In this document: piece by piece, positions 51,757 to 64,000 of the stretch
Layout of the letters: each line of letters opens with the position of its first letter
Numbering within the stretch: the stretch's first letter is position 1
Assembly (NCBI RefSeq): GCF_963676685.1
Contig: NC_092355.1
Location: forward strand, 50,096,001 to 50,160,000
Source of the DNA: Mytilus edulis
Taxonomy: Eukaryota
Direction: 5' to 3'
DNA length: 64,000 nucleotides
Position numbers and translations under genes: made by a program
The notes under the pieces: generated by a model
The model's database searches: none
Told to the model about the DNA's origin: nothing
What the model saw: the letters and a program-made list of their open reading frames with translations, nothing else

Positions 51757-52399
51757 TATATAGACAATAATAGTGCATTGACTTGACATATCAGCGATAT
51801 AAGGATGAGGCTTAGAAACGGGGAAATGCGAGGCTGTGCTGAGCATTTTCCCCGTTTTGGGCCGAATCCTTATATCGTTGATATGTCAAGTCAATGCACT
51901 ATTATTGTCTTTATACTGCAATCTAAACAAAAACATTTTCAATTGTTGTTTATTGTGTTAATGTTATTTTTTTTAATTTAAATATTGGGGAAAATCCCCC
52001 TTTAAAAAGGCCTCATATCACACAGACGGAGAAATATAAAACACGACGAAATGTACATCATTACCGCAATCAATGGTGAACGAATTCGTTGCAGACTAAA
52101 ATATCAACAATAAACATAAAACATAATGATTTATAGGTTGCAAACAAAAAAATATTAAAAAGTGAAATATGTTTTCCCGAAAATTGCTAAAGAAACAAGT
52201 TTGAGTCGTTAAACGCATCGTTGTTTACATTGAAAACAAGAACAGGTTGAAGAGGTCGTATGAATAATTAAACATAATTTCGACAATTTCTATTTAAATA
52301 TTCATGAGGAAAAGTGATATCAGGTCAGTGACTGTATATGACATAGAAATATACGGTCAACGCATTTTGACTGCTCAAATAGAACGAGTGCAGTATAAA
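51757..52399 (-). mobile_element. non-autonomous foldback element, Crypton-like, copy 2
   Basis: Reverse-complement homolog of 9140-10071 without the retrozyme insert; hairpin 51763-51909. Confidence 0.6.
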
Positions 52400-53869
52400 A
52401 ACAATTATGATAGATTTTAGTTGCTCCGGTATTGTATTTGGAGAGGATACCAGTTACATGATACACAGTAACCATGAAACAGGTCCCATAATATATCTAC
52501 TATCTTTCAAATCACATATTGTATCTCGTGAAAAAGCATAAAAATAATAGAAAATACCCGTGACAAAATAAAAGAACCTACGTCTTATTCTCAGTATTGA
52601 TTTATAATATTGATATTTTCATCTTATAAAGTCATGCTAATTAAACGGTGCACAGTTTACCCTGTGTTCGTTTTTAACCCGTTATGGTTTTCCTACTACA
52701 TGTACAACAGGATAATTCATGTGCCAATGCAAGATTAAATTCAAATTTGTCAATCCCTGTATGATGATTAAGTTCATATTTGATTATGACCCGTGTACTA
52801 GTATATAGCAAATACATAGTAGTGATTTAAGGTAAAAGGATACAGATAACAGATAACATAATACTATGCCTCACTATTGGTATCGGTATAGAATTCGATC
52901 TCGAACTGTTTAACTATTGGTTACATTAATCATGTTGGAAACATAATGTTCTGGATTTGTGAAGTGTGTAATCAACACTTTTGTCCTATGTTAATTTATA
53001 TACAGTTAAATTCATTCTTTCGCTGTTTTAACGCCATACCGTTCAACAACTTGAACATTGTTTTTTAGGAGTATAAATGTGTATTCTAGGAAGTATTCCC
53101 AAACTATATTCATTAAACAGTGAACAATTCAAGCGATTCTAAAAGTTTTAGGGTGGATGAACAATGGTATATACTGTTTTTCATTTCTAATCTTGAAGTT
53201 AAGAAATTAACCTTATGTATTTTCAAAATAGTACTGCTCTCTTAAATCTGTTCATGACTCTTTAAGAATTCGATCCCCGAGAAACCAAGAGGGCTACTAG
53301 TATGTCAAAGTAAATGCAATTTAATATGTTGGAATCTTACGGTGAAAGAAAATCAATAGCACGTTTATTCATAAGGTTTCAACAGGTAACTATCTAGACA
53401 TTTGGCCATCACTTTTACATTTTTGACGGTTGGACTATACAGAATGCACACATGCTATTGTATGAGTAAAAGTGAAATGAACAAATACATCCTTCAACGA
53501 TTTAGGTTTTATTTCTTTATTAATAAATACAAATAGTTAATAACTTTTAAAAACGTTAAACACATTTCCCGGAAAAAGATACATTTTGACAATACATTAT
53601 AAATCATCAAGATACTGAAGAAATGATTGTATATTAGGGAGACGAAAGATATCAATAAGAACACTCAAACTGAAGAGTCGGTAATTAACTGATTACGTTT
53701 GGGCAGAGAAAAAAAAAGAAAAAAGACCAAAAGGTATTATTGCAATATTTCTTTGGATATTGAAGAATCTAAAAGGTATGAAACAATGTATTTGCAACAG
53801 TCTCAGATCATTAACTGCACGTACAATGTACGAGGTTGCATTGGCTTTCTATTAGATTACACCCACAAT

Positions 53870-54167
53870 TAGTTATCAAAAGTACCAGACTAATAATTTA
53901 ATACGCCAGACGCGCATTTCGTCTTCATGAGACTCATCAGTCTAATACGAAACAAGTACAAAGTTGAAGAGCATTGAGGGCCAAAAATTCCAAAAGGTTG
54001 TGTCAAATACGGCTAATGTCCTTGGTATTTAAAAAAAAATCATACTTTTGTAAACAGGAAATTTAAACAAATGACCATATGATTGATATTCATGTCAACA
54101 CTGAAGTGCTGACTACTTGGCTGGTGATACACTCGGGGACGAAACGAAAACCAGCAGTGGCATCGAC
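53870..54167 (-). mobile_element. retrozyme copy; hammerhead core intact, stem I disrupted by a deletion
   Basis: Minus strand CTGATGA-GTCT-CATGA-AGAC-GAAA-TGCGC-GTC-TGGCG at ~53904-53940; homologous to 60588-60961. Confidence 0.75.
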
Positions 54168-55204
54168 AAAGAATGACTTTACTAACAACTATTGCTGGTC
54201 TGTTTGTCGTTGTCATTTTTAGCCAGTCGTTGTCAGTTAATTTTCGATTTATGAGTTTGACTGTCCCTCTGGTATCTTTCGTCCCTCTTTCACAATGCCT
54301 ATCGTAAAGGATATCCAAATGTGTATTGTAGGCCATAAATAGACATACTGTTTTAATTTACGTCGATCTTCCTGCTACAAAAATAACCTATTGAAAGTAT
54401 GAATAAAATATGCAAAACTTTAATGCCGATACTTTAGAAAAGGAAAACAACTTTTAGGAAAGACAAACTGGCTATTTATAAAATAAATGAAACAATCATT
54501 GTGTTAGGGCTTCATATCTATGTTGACTTCGTAATATTTAGAAAAAAAAATAAGAAGATGTAGTATGAATGCATGTTTTAAAGGAGTAAACCAATTATGT
54601 AGTGACGGGAAATATCGTAACAGCTTCGGCATTTTCGATACATGCCTCTCTCATATATACGATATACAATGACAAGTAACATTTGGTCTTACTAGGAAAT
54701 ACATTCATTTGTCAACATTCTGCATTTGGAATCAAAATGACTACTAAGCATAAAAAAACTATAGGAATGTTATAGAGCTTGATTCCAGCTTAGGATAAGT
54801 ATGGTTGAGATAGATCGAGTTGGAATATTTGAACCGTGATTATTCAGTCGCAAATAATTGCTGTTTGATTATCATTTATTCACCAGGGAGGCGTACTGTC
54901 TGTTCTGTGAGGGGAAAAAAAAAGGTTGCATGAACCGAAACTGCCAATGTACAATCTTTCTGTCGTATATATACATGATTAAGGCAAATTATCAGGAAGC
55001 GCAAAAAAATACGTGGTCTTTAACAGGCAAATCAAAAAGGCAACAACGAACAGAGCAGGCATAATATTCGTAGTACACTAGTATACAGCTCAAATCAAAT
55101 TGTAATGTCAACGGCGTGGATATAAGGTTTCATAATATATGTCTTTTACCAGGTACAGTACATAAAAGGTAGATCAGACATGGTGGGACACATAATAACA
55201 GTCG

Positions 55205-55640
55205 TAGATATAGGAAGACGAGGTGTGAGTGCCAATGAGATAACTCTTCATCCAAATAACAATCTATCAAAGTAAACCACCATAGGTCAATATAAGGCCT
55301 TCAACACGGAACCCTAACTCTCACCGAACAACAAGCTATAAAGGGCCCCCACATTACTAGTGTTAAACCATTCTAACGAGAAAACCAACGGTCTAATCAA
55401 TATAAAAACAAGAAACGGGAAACACTTATAAATTACATTAACAAACAACAACTACTGTACATCAGATTCCTGACTTAGGACAGGTGAAAACATTTGCAGC
55501 GGGATTAAACGTTTTAATAGTACCAAACCTTCACACTTTTTCTGAAACAATAGTTTAACATCACAACATAGACAAGCAGACGATGAAATATCAATTGGAT
55601 GGCTTAACTGAACCAAAAAACGTAAATTAATACACTATGA
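55205..55640 (+). repeat. abundant dispersed repeat family (AAGATGTGGTATGATTGCCAATGAGACAAC... type); also ~1040-1195, 3422-3560, 4455-4610, 21345-21480, 29270-29540, 38183-38330, 42990-43110, 45420-45520, 47230-47470, 62610-62850
   Basis: More than ten diverged copies in both orientations within the window. Confidence 0.8.
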
Positions 55641-57164
55641 ATCTGTATACAAGCAAATAAAATAAATAAGGCTGTCTAGAGGTGGCAATATCTCTGTCGT
55701 ATACACAGAAAAATGAAAAAGAGGATCAACAACATCTGTCATTTATTCAGGCAAATAAAAAAAGATGACTGAATAGAGTTAGTGCAATATATGTCTAATA
55801 TTCAGGCAAATTAAAGGGTAGTGCGGTCAAAAGTGTCACAATAGATGTCGTATAAAAAGACACATAAAACTGGTGGCCAAAAGTAGACGAATATCCGTCG
55901 TATATATAAGCAAATAGAAAAGTAGCTTCGACCAATTTGTGGAAAAATAACCGTCCTAACCGTCCTTAATACAAGAAAAAAAAGGAAAGCGCAAAACTAA
56001 AGTTGCATTATGTATCTGTCGTATATTCAGGAAAATACATAGGTAGTGCTGACATACTGTAGAATAATGTCTTATGTAAATACAGCAAAAACACGCAGAA
56101 GTAAAAAACAAAGAAAAAAACTATGTTCAACAGTCTCAGATTATGAACCGGAAGTACTTTGTACAAGGTTGACTTTCAATTAGATTACACTTACAAAAAT
56201 CGACTTTATCAACAACGCTTACAAATACATATCGTAAAAAATACCAACATATGTAATGCAGACTAAGTAATAGACACGCTTTATAATCATACGTCGATCC
56301 ACATGCTGCAAAGAACTTGTGTATATGAATAGCTTGAATTCCAATATTTAGATCAACAAATTTGAAGGGAAGAATACCTTATTCATTATAAAATAAATGA
56401 CACAAACATTTTATAGGGCTTCATATCTATGTTGACTTCGTAACATTTTGAAAATAAAAATAAGAAGATGGGCATGTTTAAAAGAATATCAATTAGCTAT
56501 ATGTAATGATGGGAAATATCGTCAAAGATTCGGCATGGTCGATGCCTTATTTTTTCAATAGATGTATATAAAGCAACACGACGGGTACCACATGTGGAGC
56601 AAGATCTGCTGACCCTTCCGAAACACCTGACATCACCTCTTGTTTTTGGTGGGGTTCGTGTTGTTTATTCTTTAGTTTTTTATGTTGTGTCGTGTGTACT
56701 ATTGTTTGTCTCTTTGGTCTTTTCAGTTTTAGCCATGGCGTTGTCAGTTTATTTTCGATTTATGAGTTTGACGGTCCCTCTGGTATCTTTCGTACCTGTT
56801 TTACTGACAGGGAAACATTTGGTTTTACTAGGAGTTGTTTTTCCTTGACAACATCCTTCATTTGGAATCAAAGTGAGTATTTAAAAAAAATTGAATATCA
56901 TAGAGTTTATTTTAGGATAAGGAAATTGAAATAGATCAAGTGGACATATTAGAACCGTGTACCTTTTACGCCGTCGCAAATCATTGTTGTTAGATGTACA
57001 GTACAATTATTTAGCAGATAGGCCTAGTGTCTGATAGTTACCATAAACTGCCTTTATATAATCATAATAAAAAGGAAGCGTCGCCCGAGGTTCCGTAACA
57101 TCGATCATATTATGTGACTGTATATTACATTAATTTGTAGGATCCTTTACTATAGATAATTTAT

Positions 57165-58262
57165 CTATATATATACCGGCAAATAAAAGATCAGAGCGTA
57201 CCAGATGTATTGTACTATATGTCATATAAACATACAAATTAGGGTAGCGCGGTCATAGACGTCAGACTAGCTGTCGTAAAACCAGACACATAAAAAGATA
57301 GCTTAGATCGAAATTAGAAAAATATCTGTCGATAATATAATCAAATAAAACATAGCACTGACCAGTTATCGGCATAAGATCCGTCGTATACAGACAAGTA
57401 GAAAAGATAGTGTGAACCTAGTAGGCATTATATATGTCATACATAAAGGCAAATACATATTAAGACGTAAGTAGCATAATATCCTTCGGAAATACAGCAC
57501 ATAAAAAGTAATGCAGACCACGGTGTCATGGTAGTCATACATACAGACAAATACAAACTTATCGCCAACCAATGTGGCATGCTGTTTATCATAATTATAG
57601 ACAAATGAAAAGGTAGTGCAGACAGAAGGTGACCTGTCAGACTTACCGTTATACAAGGTAATGGGGACGAAATGTGGCATTATATTTGTCGTCTTTAGAG
57701 GCTAAAAACATTAGCTAGATTATGATGTGGTTTTTAATCTGTCGTTTATAATGGCTATTGAAATGACAAGGTTGACAAGATGTAGCATACTATCTATCGA
57801 ATATACAGGCAAACAAAACATAAAAATGTAACACGAACATGATGTGACTTTTATTTGTGGTATGCACAGGCAAACAAACACGTTAGAGGCGGCCAGAGGT
57901 GGTATAATATCTACAGTATATGCAGGAAAATAAAAAAGTAACACGGACGAAAGATGGAATTAAAACAGTCATGTTCAAAGGCAAATGCAAAAGTAGCGCG
58001 GGCCAAAGGTAGCAACATATCTGTCTTAAATACAGGCGAATGAACAATAACGCAGACCAAGGTTGCATGATATATTTCGTATATACAGGTTTATAAAAGA
58101 TAGCGCAGAAAAAAGGACATACTATACACGGTATATACAGGCAAGTACAAATGTAGCACGGATCGACCAAAAGTAGCACTGTATCTTTTGTATACACAAG
58201 CAAGTACAAAGGTAGCACGGACCAAAAGTAGCATACTATCTTTGGCAAACACAGGCAAATTA
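57165..58262. repeat. degenerate ~58-60 bp tandem repeat (..TATCTGTCGTATATACAGGCAAATACAAAGGTAGCGCGGACCAAAAGTAGCA..); more units at ~54950-55050 and ~55650-56050
   Basis: Periodic recurrence of ACAGGCAAAT and TAGCxCGGACCAA. Confidence 0.75.
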
Positions 58263-58339
58263 TGTCTACTTATATTCATGGTAGAGTCATATTTCATGGA
58301 AATTTTCTAATAAAACATGTTTTAGAATATTTCATTTTT

Positions 58340-58750
58340 TACTTCACCTAAATAGCAATTATAAAATGAGTACGACAATTTAATGTTAAAAAAGTAAGAA
58401 AACCGAAATGGTAATAAGCTTTAAAGGCTATTTTCTTCACGCACAATCAATTCAATATCAAAAAAGTTAGAAAACCAAAATGGTTATTAGCTATCAAATG
58501 ACTATTTTCTTTACGCCCAATCAACATAATGTTAAAACATAAGGAAACCCGTATATTAATTAGCTATCAAGTGACTATTTTCTTTACGCACAATCAAATA
58601 AGTGTTAAATTAGAGAGAAGACCCGAATAGTCGTTAGCAATCAAACGGCTATTTTCTTTACGCACAACCAATTTAATGTATCACAGTTAAATGACGTTAT
58701 CGAATAATTGGCTAAATACTACTAATTTCTTTACGCCCAATCATTCCAAT
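58340..58750. repeat. second degenerate tandem repeat, ~70-75 bp period (TTAGCTATCAAATGACTATTTTCTTTACGCACAATCAA core)
   Basis: Core recurs at ~58430, 58500, 58575, 58650 and 58725. Confidence 0.7.
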
Positions 58751-59404
58751 GAAAATCGCGTTTTCAACTTTACTAGTTCCAGCTTCACTGATAAGTTTTT
58801 TACTGACAGAAAGTTCATCTGGCGTATAAAGTTCCAATCCAAATTACTTATTTCATTCCGCCCAATCAATCCAATGAAAATCTCCCTTTTCACTTTACCT
58901 GTTCGAGCTTCACTGATAAGTCTTTTAAAGACAAAAAGTTCATCTGGCGTATACAGTTTCAACCTTGTATCTATGATGAGTTTTCAGGTATAATAATACA
59001 ATGATTGTCATCACTGTGTACACTCAATCAAATGTTATAACAAGAAGAAATGCTGACCAATGCATAAACTACCACTACAAAAATCTCAGTAGTAATTTTA
59101 ATTTACTGCATAATGATTCCGTCCTTACGCACAATCAATCCAATTTCAATATAAAATCTATAAGGTAATTAGCTTAGAATGATCATCTTCATCATGTTCA
59201 TTACGAAAAATTTATTCAATATTAAATCAAATTTATTTGAACAAAACTACAATTAATGTGTAGTACATTCAAACCAGGTTTTGATCGACAGATGATATAT
59301 ATTGCTCAGTACAAAAATCATAAAGTAAGTAAATTGATAATCACGAAATTATTCTAAGACGGTATAAATAAAGTGTTTTAAAAGTAACAAATACGGTTTT
59401 TGCA

Positions 59405-60583
59405 ATGACTTTGCAAGAACTAAGAACGTTTTGGATGCTGCTGCTATCAAATTTGCGTTTGATATTTTTGATAATGGTCTTTACCAGTAACTTTGTTTCT
59501 ATTGATGGGATTCAGGAAATGCGTTATACTACATCTATGGTACCGACCAATTCAACCGAATACACCACAGGTCTTTTCCAAAATAACAGGGAGTACCGAA
59601 CAGCAAAAGCTTTTGGTGACAGATCGTCGATTCAAGATGCTTTATTACTGTATTCTTCAAACCTGTCGCCAGATATTGTTTTAAGATTAAGTGGCATTCC
59701 TGAAACAAGAGTAAAACGTGATGTAAGTTTGATAAAATTTGATCAGAGTATAAATACGACGCCAACCAACATATTTACATCATCGAAACCAAACACTAAA
59801 ATCAAGGACCTCGTCCCCTTAGATTTGTGTCAACAATTTAGTTCATGTGAACGTGCTTCAAATCTGATCTTCAAGTTCTGTCGTTGCGATGCTTTATGTA
59901 CACTTTACAATGACTGTTGTTATAACGCTGATATACCCGAAAATTCTACGATTTCCAGTGACCTTCAGTTTGAATGTATGCCATTTATAATGGATAAATC
60001 GGTATTTAATGTTCAAGGCTATTCAGTGGTTACAAGTTGCCCGCAAGATTTGAAAGATACTGAAATTGACATTAAATGTCAATCAGACGATATTTTTTCG
60101 TTTGGCCCATTCGTTATTACTGATTCAAATATTGTGTATAGAAATCGTTTGTGTGCCAAATGTAATAACATCAATGTCTATGAACCCTTTGACGTCATAT
60201 TTACCCATATAAATAGTACTATTCGTAAAAACAGCAATGCATCCATAGTAATGGCCTCTTTGCAGGACACATATAAAAAGAGAGACTTAAACAATTTAGT
60301 TGTAGAGTTTATTTCACCAGTGGCTGAAAATCTCCTCCGAGAATGTATTGTGTACAGTGATCCAAATATTGGAAGCGAAACTTGTTTGAACTATTACATC
60401 AGCCCAGCTTTAGCAAGAGTCAAGGGGAAAAATGTAATAGTCCGAAATACATTTTGCATCGATCCGAATTATTTTTTGGGTTGTGTTGGTATGTTTGATT
60501 CGGTAGACGGTTTGGCTAGCTTTAATGAAGAATCCTATCCAATGTCTGTATTATTCCAATTCCAGCAAGGATGTAAAGGCGAG
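59405..60583 (+). CDS. exon 1 of second GPCR paralog: signal peptide + Cys-rich somatomedin-B-like ectodomain
   Basis: Hydrophobic N-terminus; CRCDALCTLYNDCC and YRNRLCAKCN motifs; donor GAG|GTAAGT at 60583/60584, phase 0. Confidence 0.85.
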
Positions 60584-60587
60584 GTAA

Positions 60588-60961
60588 GTAAATAAACTCG
60601 TCATAGATACCAGGACAAAATTTTGTATATAGGCCAGACGCGCGTTTCGACTACAAAAGACTCATCAGTGACGATCGAATCCAAAAAGTTAAAAAGACCA
60701 AATAAAGCACGAAGTTGAAGAGCATTGAGGACCAAAATTCCCAAAAGTTTTGCATAATCCAGCTCAGGTAATCTATGCCTGAGGTAGAAAAGCCTTAGTA
60801 TTTCAAAAATTCAAAATTTTGTACACAGTTAATTTATAAATATAACCATGTCAATGATAATTCATGTCAGCACAAAACGTGCTGACTACTGGGCTGGTGA
60901 TACCCTCGGGGAAATAAATCTCATCCAGCAGTGGCATCGACCCAGTGGTTGTAAATAAACT
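60588..60961 (-). mobile_element. retrozyme monomer (~363 bp) with a near-intact minimal type I hammerhead at 60633-60672
   Basis: Terminal direct repeat GTAAATAAACT (60588, 60951); minus strand GTCA-CTGATGA-GTCTTTTGTAGTC-GAAA-CGCGC-GTC-TGGC with palindromic stem III, matching the design of mussel non-LTR retrozymes. Confidence 0.85.
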
Positions 60962-63398
60962 AAACATACTGCTAAATACATATATGTATGCACATATGCA
61001 CATCCATGGTTCTACAATCGGCCAATACCTGAATTTTGGCAAAGCACAAGGTCATGTTTTCACTATCTTTTGACAGCATCTGCAAAATTAACTCATTGTT
61101 TGATGTGTGTAGATTGATACGATACTCTAGTTTTAGTTTTGTTAGTTGTTATTGGCTTTCTACTAGTCACCAGTAACTACGAGTAGTCTCAGCTATGTCT
61201 TTTTTTTGTTGTATGGCTGTATGATGAATATTCTGTCAAGACCGGTCCGTGTTTTTTTTACTTGCCATTAACTGTTTTATATCAATCTGATATGTTAATC
61301 TCTTTCAAAAGTTTTATAAAGTTTGTTGATACAAATGTATGTAGTACTGTTGCAACACTGTCATAGGCTAGAGACTGGTTGCCCGCTAATATGGCTACAT
61401 TTTATATTTGCCTGACTGACGTCAGGAGACTATAATTCAGTTATCGTTTGTTGCTGTATAATATATGTGTGTTTATGACCAAGAGATATCTAAGGTCGAC
61501 TCAAAAGAGATTTTGTATTAAAGACTTGGTAAAAAGTCACAACGACGGTCATTCATATTTTGAAAATGGCTACCAACGTCGAGAATGAAACAGAAAATAT
61601 TTATCTAAACTCAATCGTACAAACGTCGACTAGGAACTTGAATTAAGTGAGAAAGAACGGTAAAGAGGGTTATGATAATGAGCTATTTTAATAGTCTATA
61701 GAGATATTGGTATATAATACACCCCTACTTAACCTCATTTCTATTCTGCTTACCTACAGAAATCCCACAACATTTAACATGGTGAATTTTGAATTTCATT
61801 TAATACTGAAGAAAAATGTAAATAGTTGAAAGAAATGTGTTGATGATCAAAGTGCTACGTGATTCCTAGAATTATAAAAACCATTTAGCACTCACATAAA
61901 GAAAATATAAAAAGGGAAAAATACAAAAAAAAACGAAGTTGAAAAATAAATTCAAAACGGTAAGTTTATAATGAAATGGCAAAAAAAACCCGCAATCACA
62001 CCAAACAAGTGAAAAACAATGACATTCTTTTGAACAATTAAGATTGGTAGATATGTTCAAATAAAAGAAATAATCGTTTTCATTTTAATTTTAACTTCAG
62101 AGTTAAAAAAATACAATGTTAAGTAATTCACTTTCTAAACAGTTGACAGTCTTATTAAAGACAATCGTGTAACCTTAATTCTAAACAAACTTATCAATAA
62201 ACGTGTTTGAAAACAGACGTTTCTTAATGAGTACGCTCTCTCTTGAAAATATTTGCCATGATATATGTCTTAGTATTTCCAAAGAAACAAGATACGGCAA
62301 TGTCTTTCTTTACATTGTTATCTACGCACAAAGTCTTTGGTTGAATTACTTTAAATGCATGATTGTTTTTTCATTCAGTTTTATTTTGGTAGTGATACAC
62401 ACAAATATTATAATTGTTTGTCCCATATATACATTGATCATGTTGATATATTTCATTATGCAATCACGTTAAGAGTATAGACGATACGACTGATCTGTAT
62501 TTCTGTATTTCTTTGATAAATAAAGATCAACGAACCAACCAACATATTTACATCATCGAAACCAAACACTAAAATCAAGGACCTCGTCCCCTTAGATTTG
62601 ATTTTATATCGTATGGGCTTTGCTCATTGTTGAAGGTCTTACGGTGACTTACAGCTGTTTCAGTCTGTTTGATTTGGTCTCTTATGGAGAGTTGTTTCAT
62701 TGTCTTATTTCTTTTTTATATTTTATAACTAACTATGCGGTATGAGCCTTGTTCATTACTAAAGGTCATACGGTGACCTATAGTTGTTAATTTCTGTGTC
62801 ATTAGGTCTCTTGTGCAGAATTGTTTCATTGTCAATCACACCAAACCTTTATTTTCATACATACTCCTTACATCAACCTACATGTTCTTAAGGATTCGTT
62901 ATTCGCTACACCAATCGTTGGAGACGTCCTAACATTTGAAGCGTTTAACTAGCACATGTCTTGTTCTATGTTTCTTGAAATTCTTATAAGTATGCCACAG
63001 ACGACACGAAGGTGAACAATCAGACGAAATTTCGAAACATTAAATGAAACTTATTAGTGAATAATTTACATTTCATTAATAACTTTCATTTGCTTTTTGT
63101 CATTTTTCTATTACCTTTTTATATGTGTTTTTTCTCTCTCCATATCAATAATATATTGTTACACAGTCATCCATGTTCATCACAGTATCAAATAATTACT
63201 CGCCAACATGTATTACTAAAAATAAATTAAGGACTGAACGTATATACATTATATGTATGTTATATGAATTTAAGGCGCCTTCCAAAACAAATAACACCAG
63301 CAACACTACTGTTCCCTTTTGTGACTACATATATGTAAACCTATCAACACGTTATATCATTTATTAAGTAATATTTTTTGTTTCTTTTTTGTACACAG

Positions 63399-64000
63399 TT
63401 TGAGGTAGACGGCATATGCTTGAAACGTTTTTACGACAAAGAAATATTTGTATATGCCTCACTGGTGTCGTCTGCTAATTTGTCGGAAAGAATGATAGAA
63501 GAAATACTCACTGTTATGTCATGGTCGTTTAGTGATGAGATTTCGGTGAATATCTTTAGCTTTACTTACAACAAAGAATGGATAGACAATCTTTTTCAAA
63601 TAGTAAACGTGCGTATTTATGGCAAGACGGTAGAAAAGAAATCATATGAAGAGGGATTAATCATCGACAACAAACTTGATAAAGCACAGTGGCTAATACG
63701 TGTTTCCCCCGAAAACGGATCTGTGTTTGAAGTAAATACTGTGGTTTTACCGAGGAAAGGAAGAACTTACAAAACAGAACTGTCAAAAGCTATTGTCCAG
63801 AATAAATTGAACCAATTCAAATCTTTCGTTAATGACAGCTTTGAGAAAAAAATATGTGCCAAGAGTGTCATTGAATGTGAGATATCGAGTGACGTTGAAA
63901 ATCCAAGAACAGTCATCACAGAATTTACTTGTGTTGATTTCATCGACCAACAACCAATTGTTACGAGCACGAATATAAATATGAATGTTATAACATATAC
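63399..64000 (+). CDS. exon 2 of second GPCR paralog, runs off the window end
   Basis: Acceptor TTTTTTGTACACAG at 63398; open frame FEVDGICLKRF...NPRTVITEFTCVDF...NMNVITY, colinear with 4987-5577. Confidence 0.9.

Overview
AT-rich animal genomic DNA, most likely a bivalve such as Mytilus (inferred from retrozyme-type and SINE-type repeats). Two tandem paralogous class-B-like 7TM receptor genes bracket the window: the last exon of one (4987-6363) and exons 1-2 of the next (59405-60583, 63399->64000). About 40 kb between them is a stack of young mobile elements. (1) 10510-21305 is a head-to-head composite of two related Penelope-like elements (PLEs) that lack the GIY-YIG endonuclease. Unit A (2559 bp, 2.57 tandem copies, + strand) encodes an intact 649-aa RT followed directly by a type I hammerhead ribozyme with a 119-nt insert in loop II. 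Unit B (2073 bp, 2.02 copies, - strand) is an RT-deleted relative carrying a type III hammerhead. The layout suggests rolling-circle reverse transcription of ribozyme-generated circular RNAs, primed from both ends of one chromosomal break. (2) An L1/Tx1-type LINE (21707-50780; 12-14 bp TSD, poly-A) has an otherwise intact ORF2 split by (3) a 23.4-kb CACTA/EnSpm element (26069-49497; CACTG...CAGTG termini, ACT TSD). The CACTA element encodes a 973-aa transposase and a divergently oriented six-exon C14orf93-like gene. The rest consists of SINEs, retrozyme copies, MITEs, Crypton-like foldbacks and minisatellites. All calls come from reading the sequence by eye; no database search was run.
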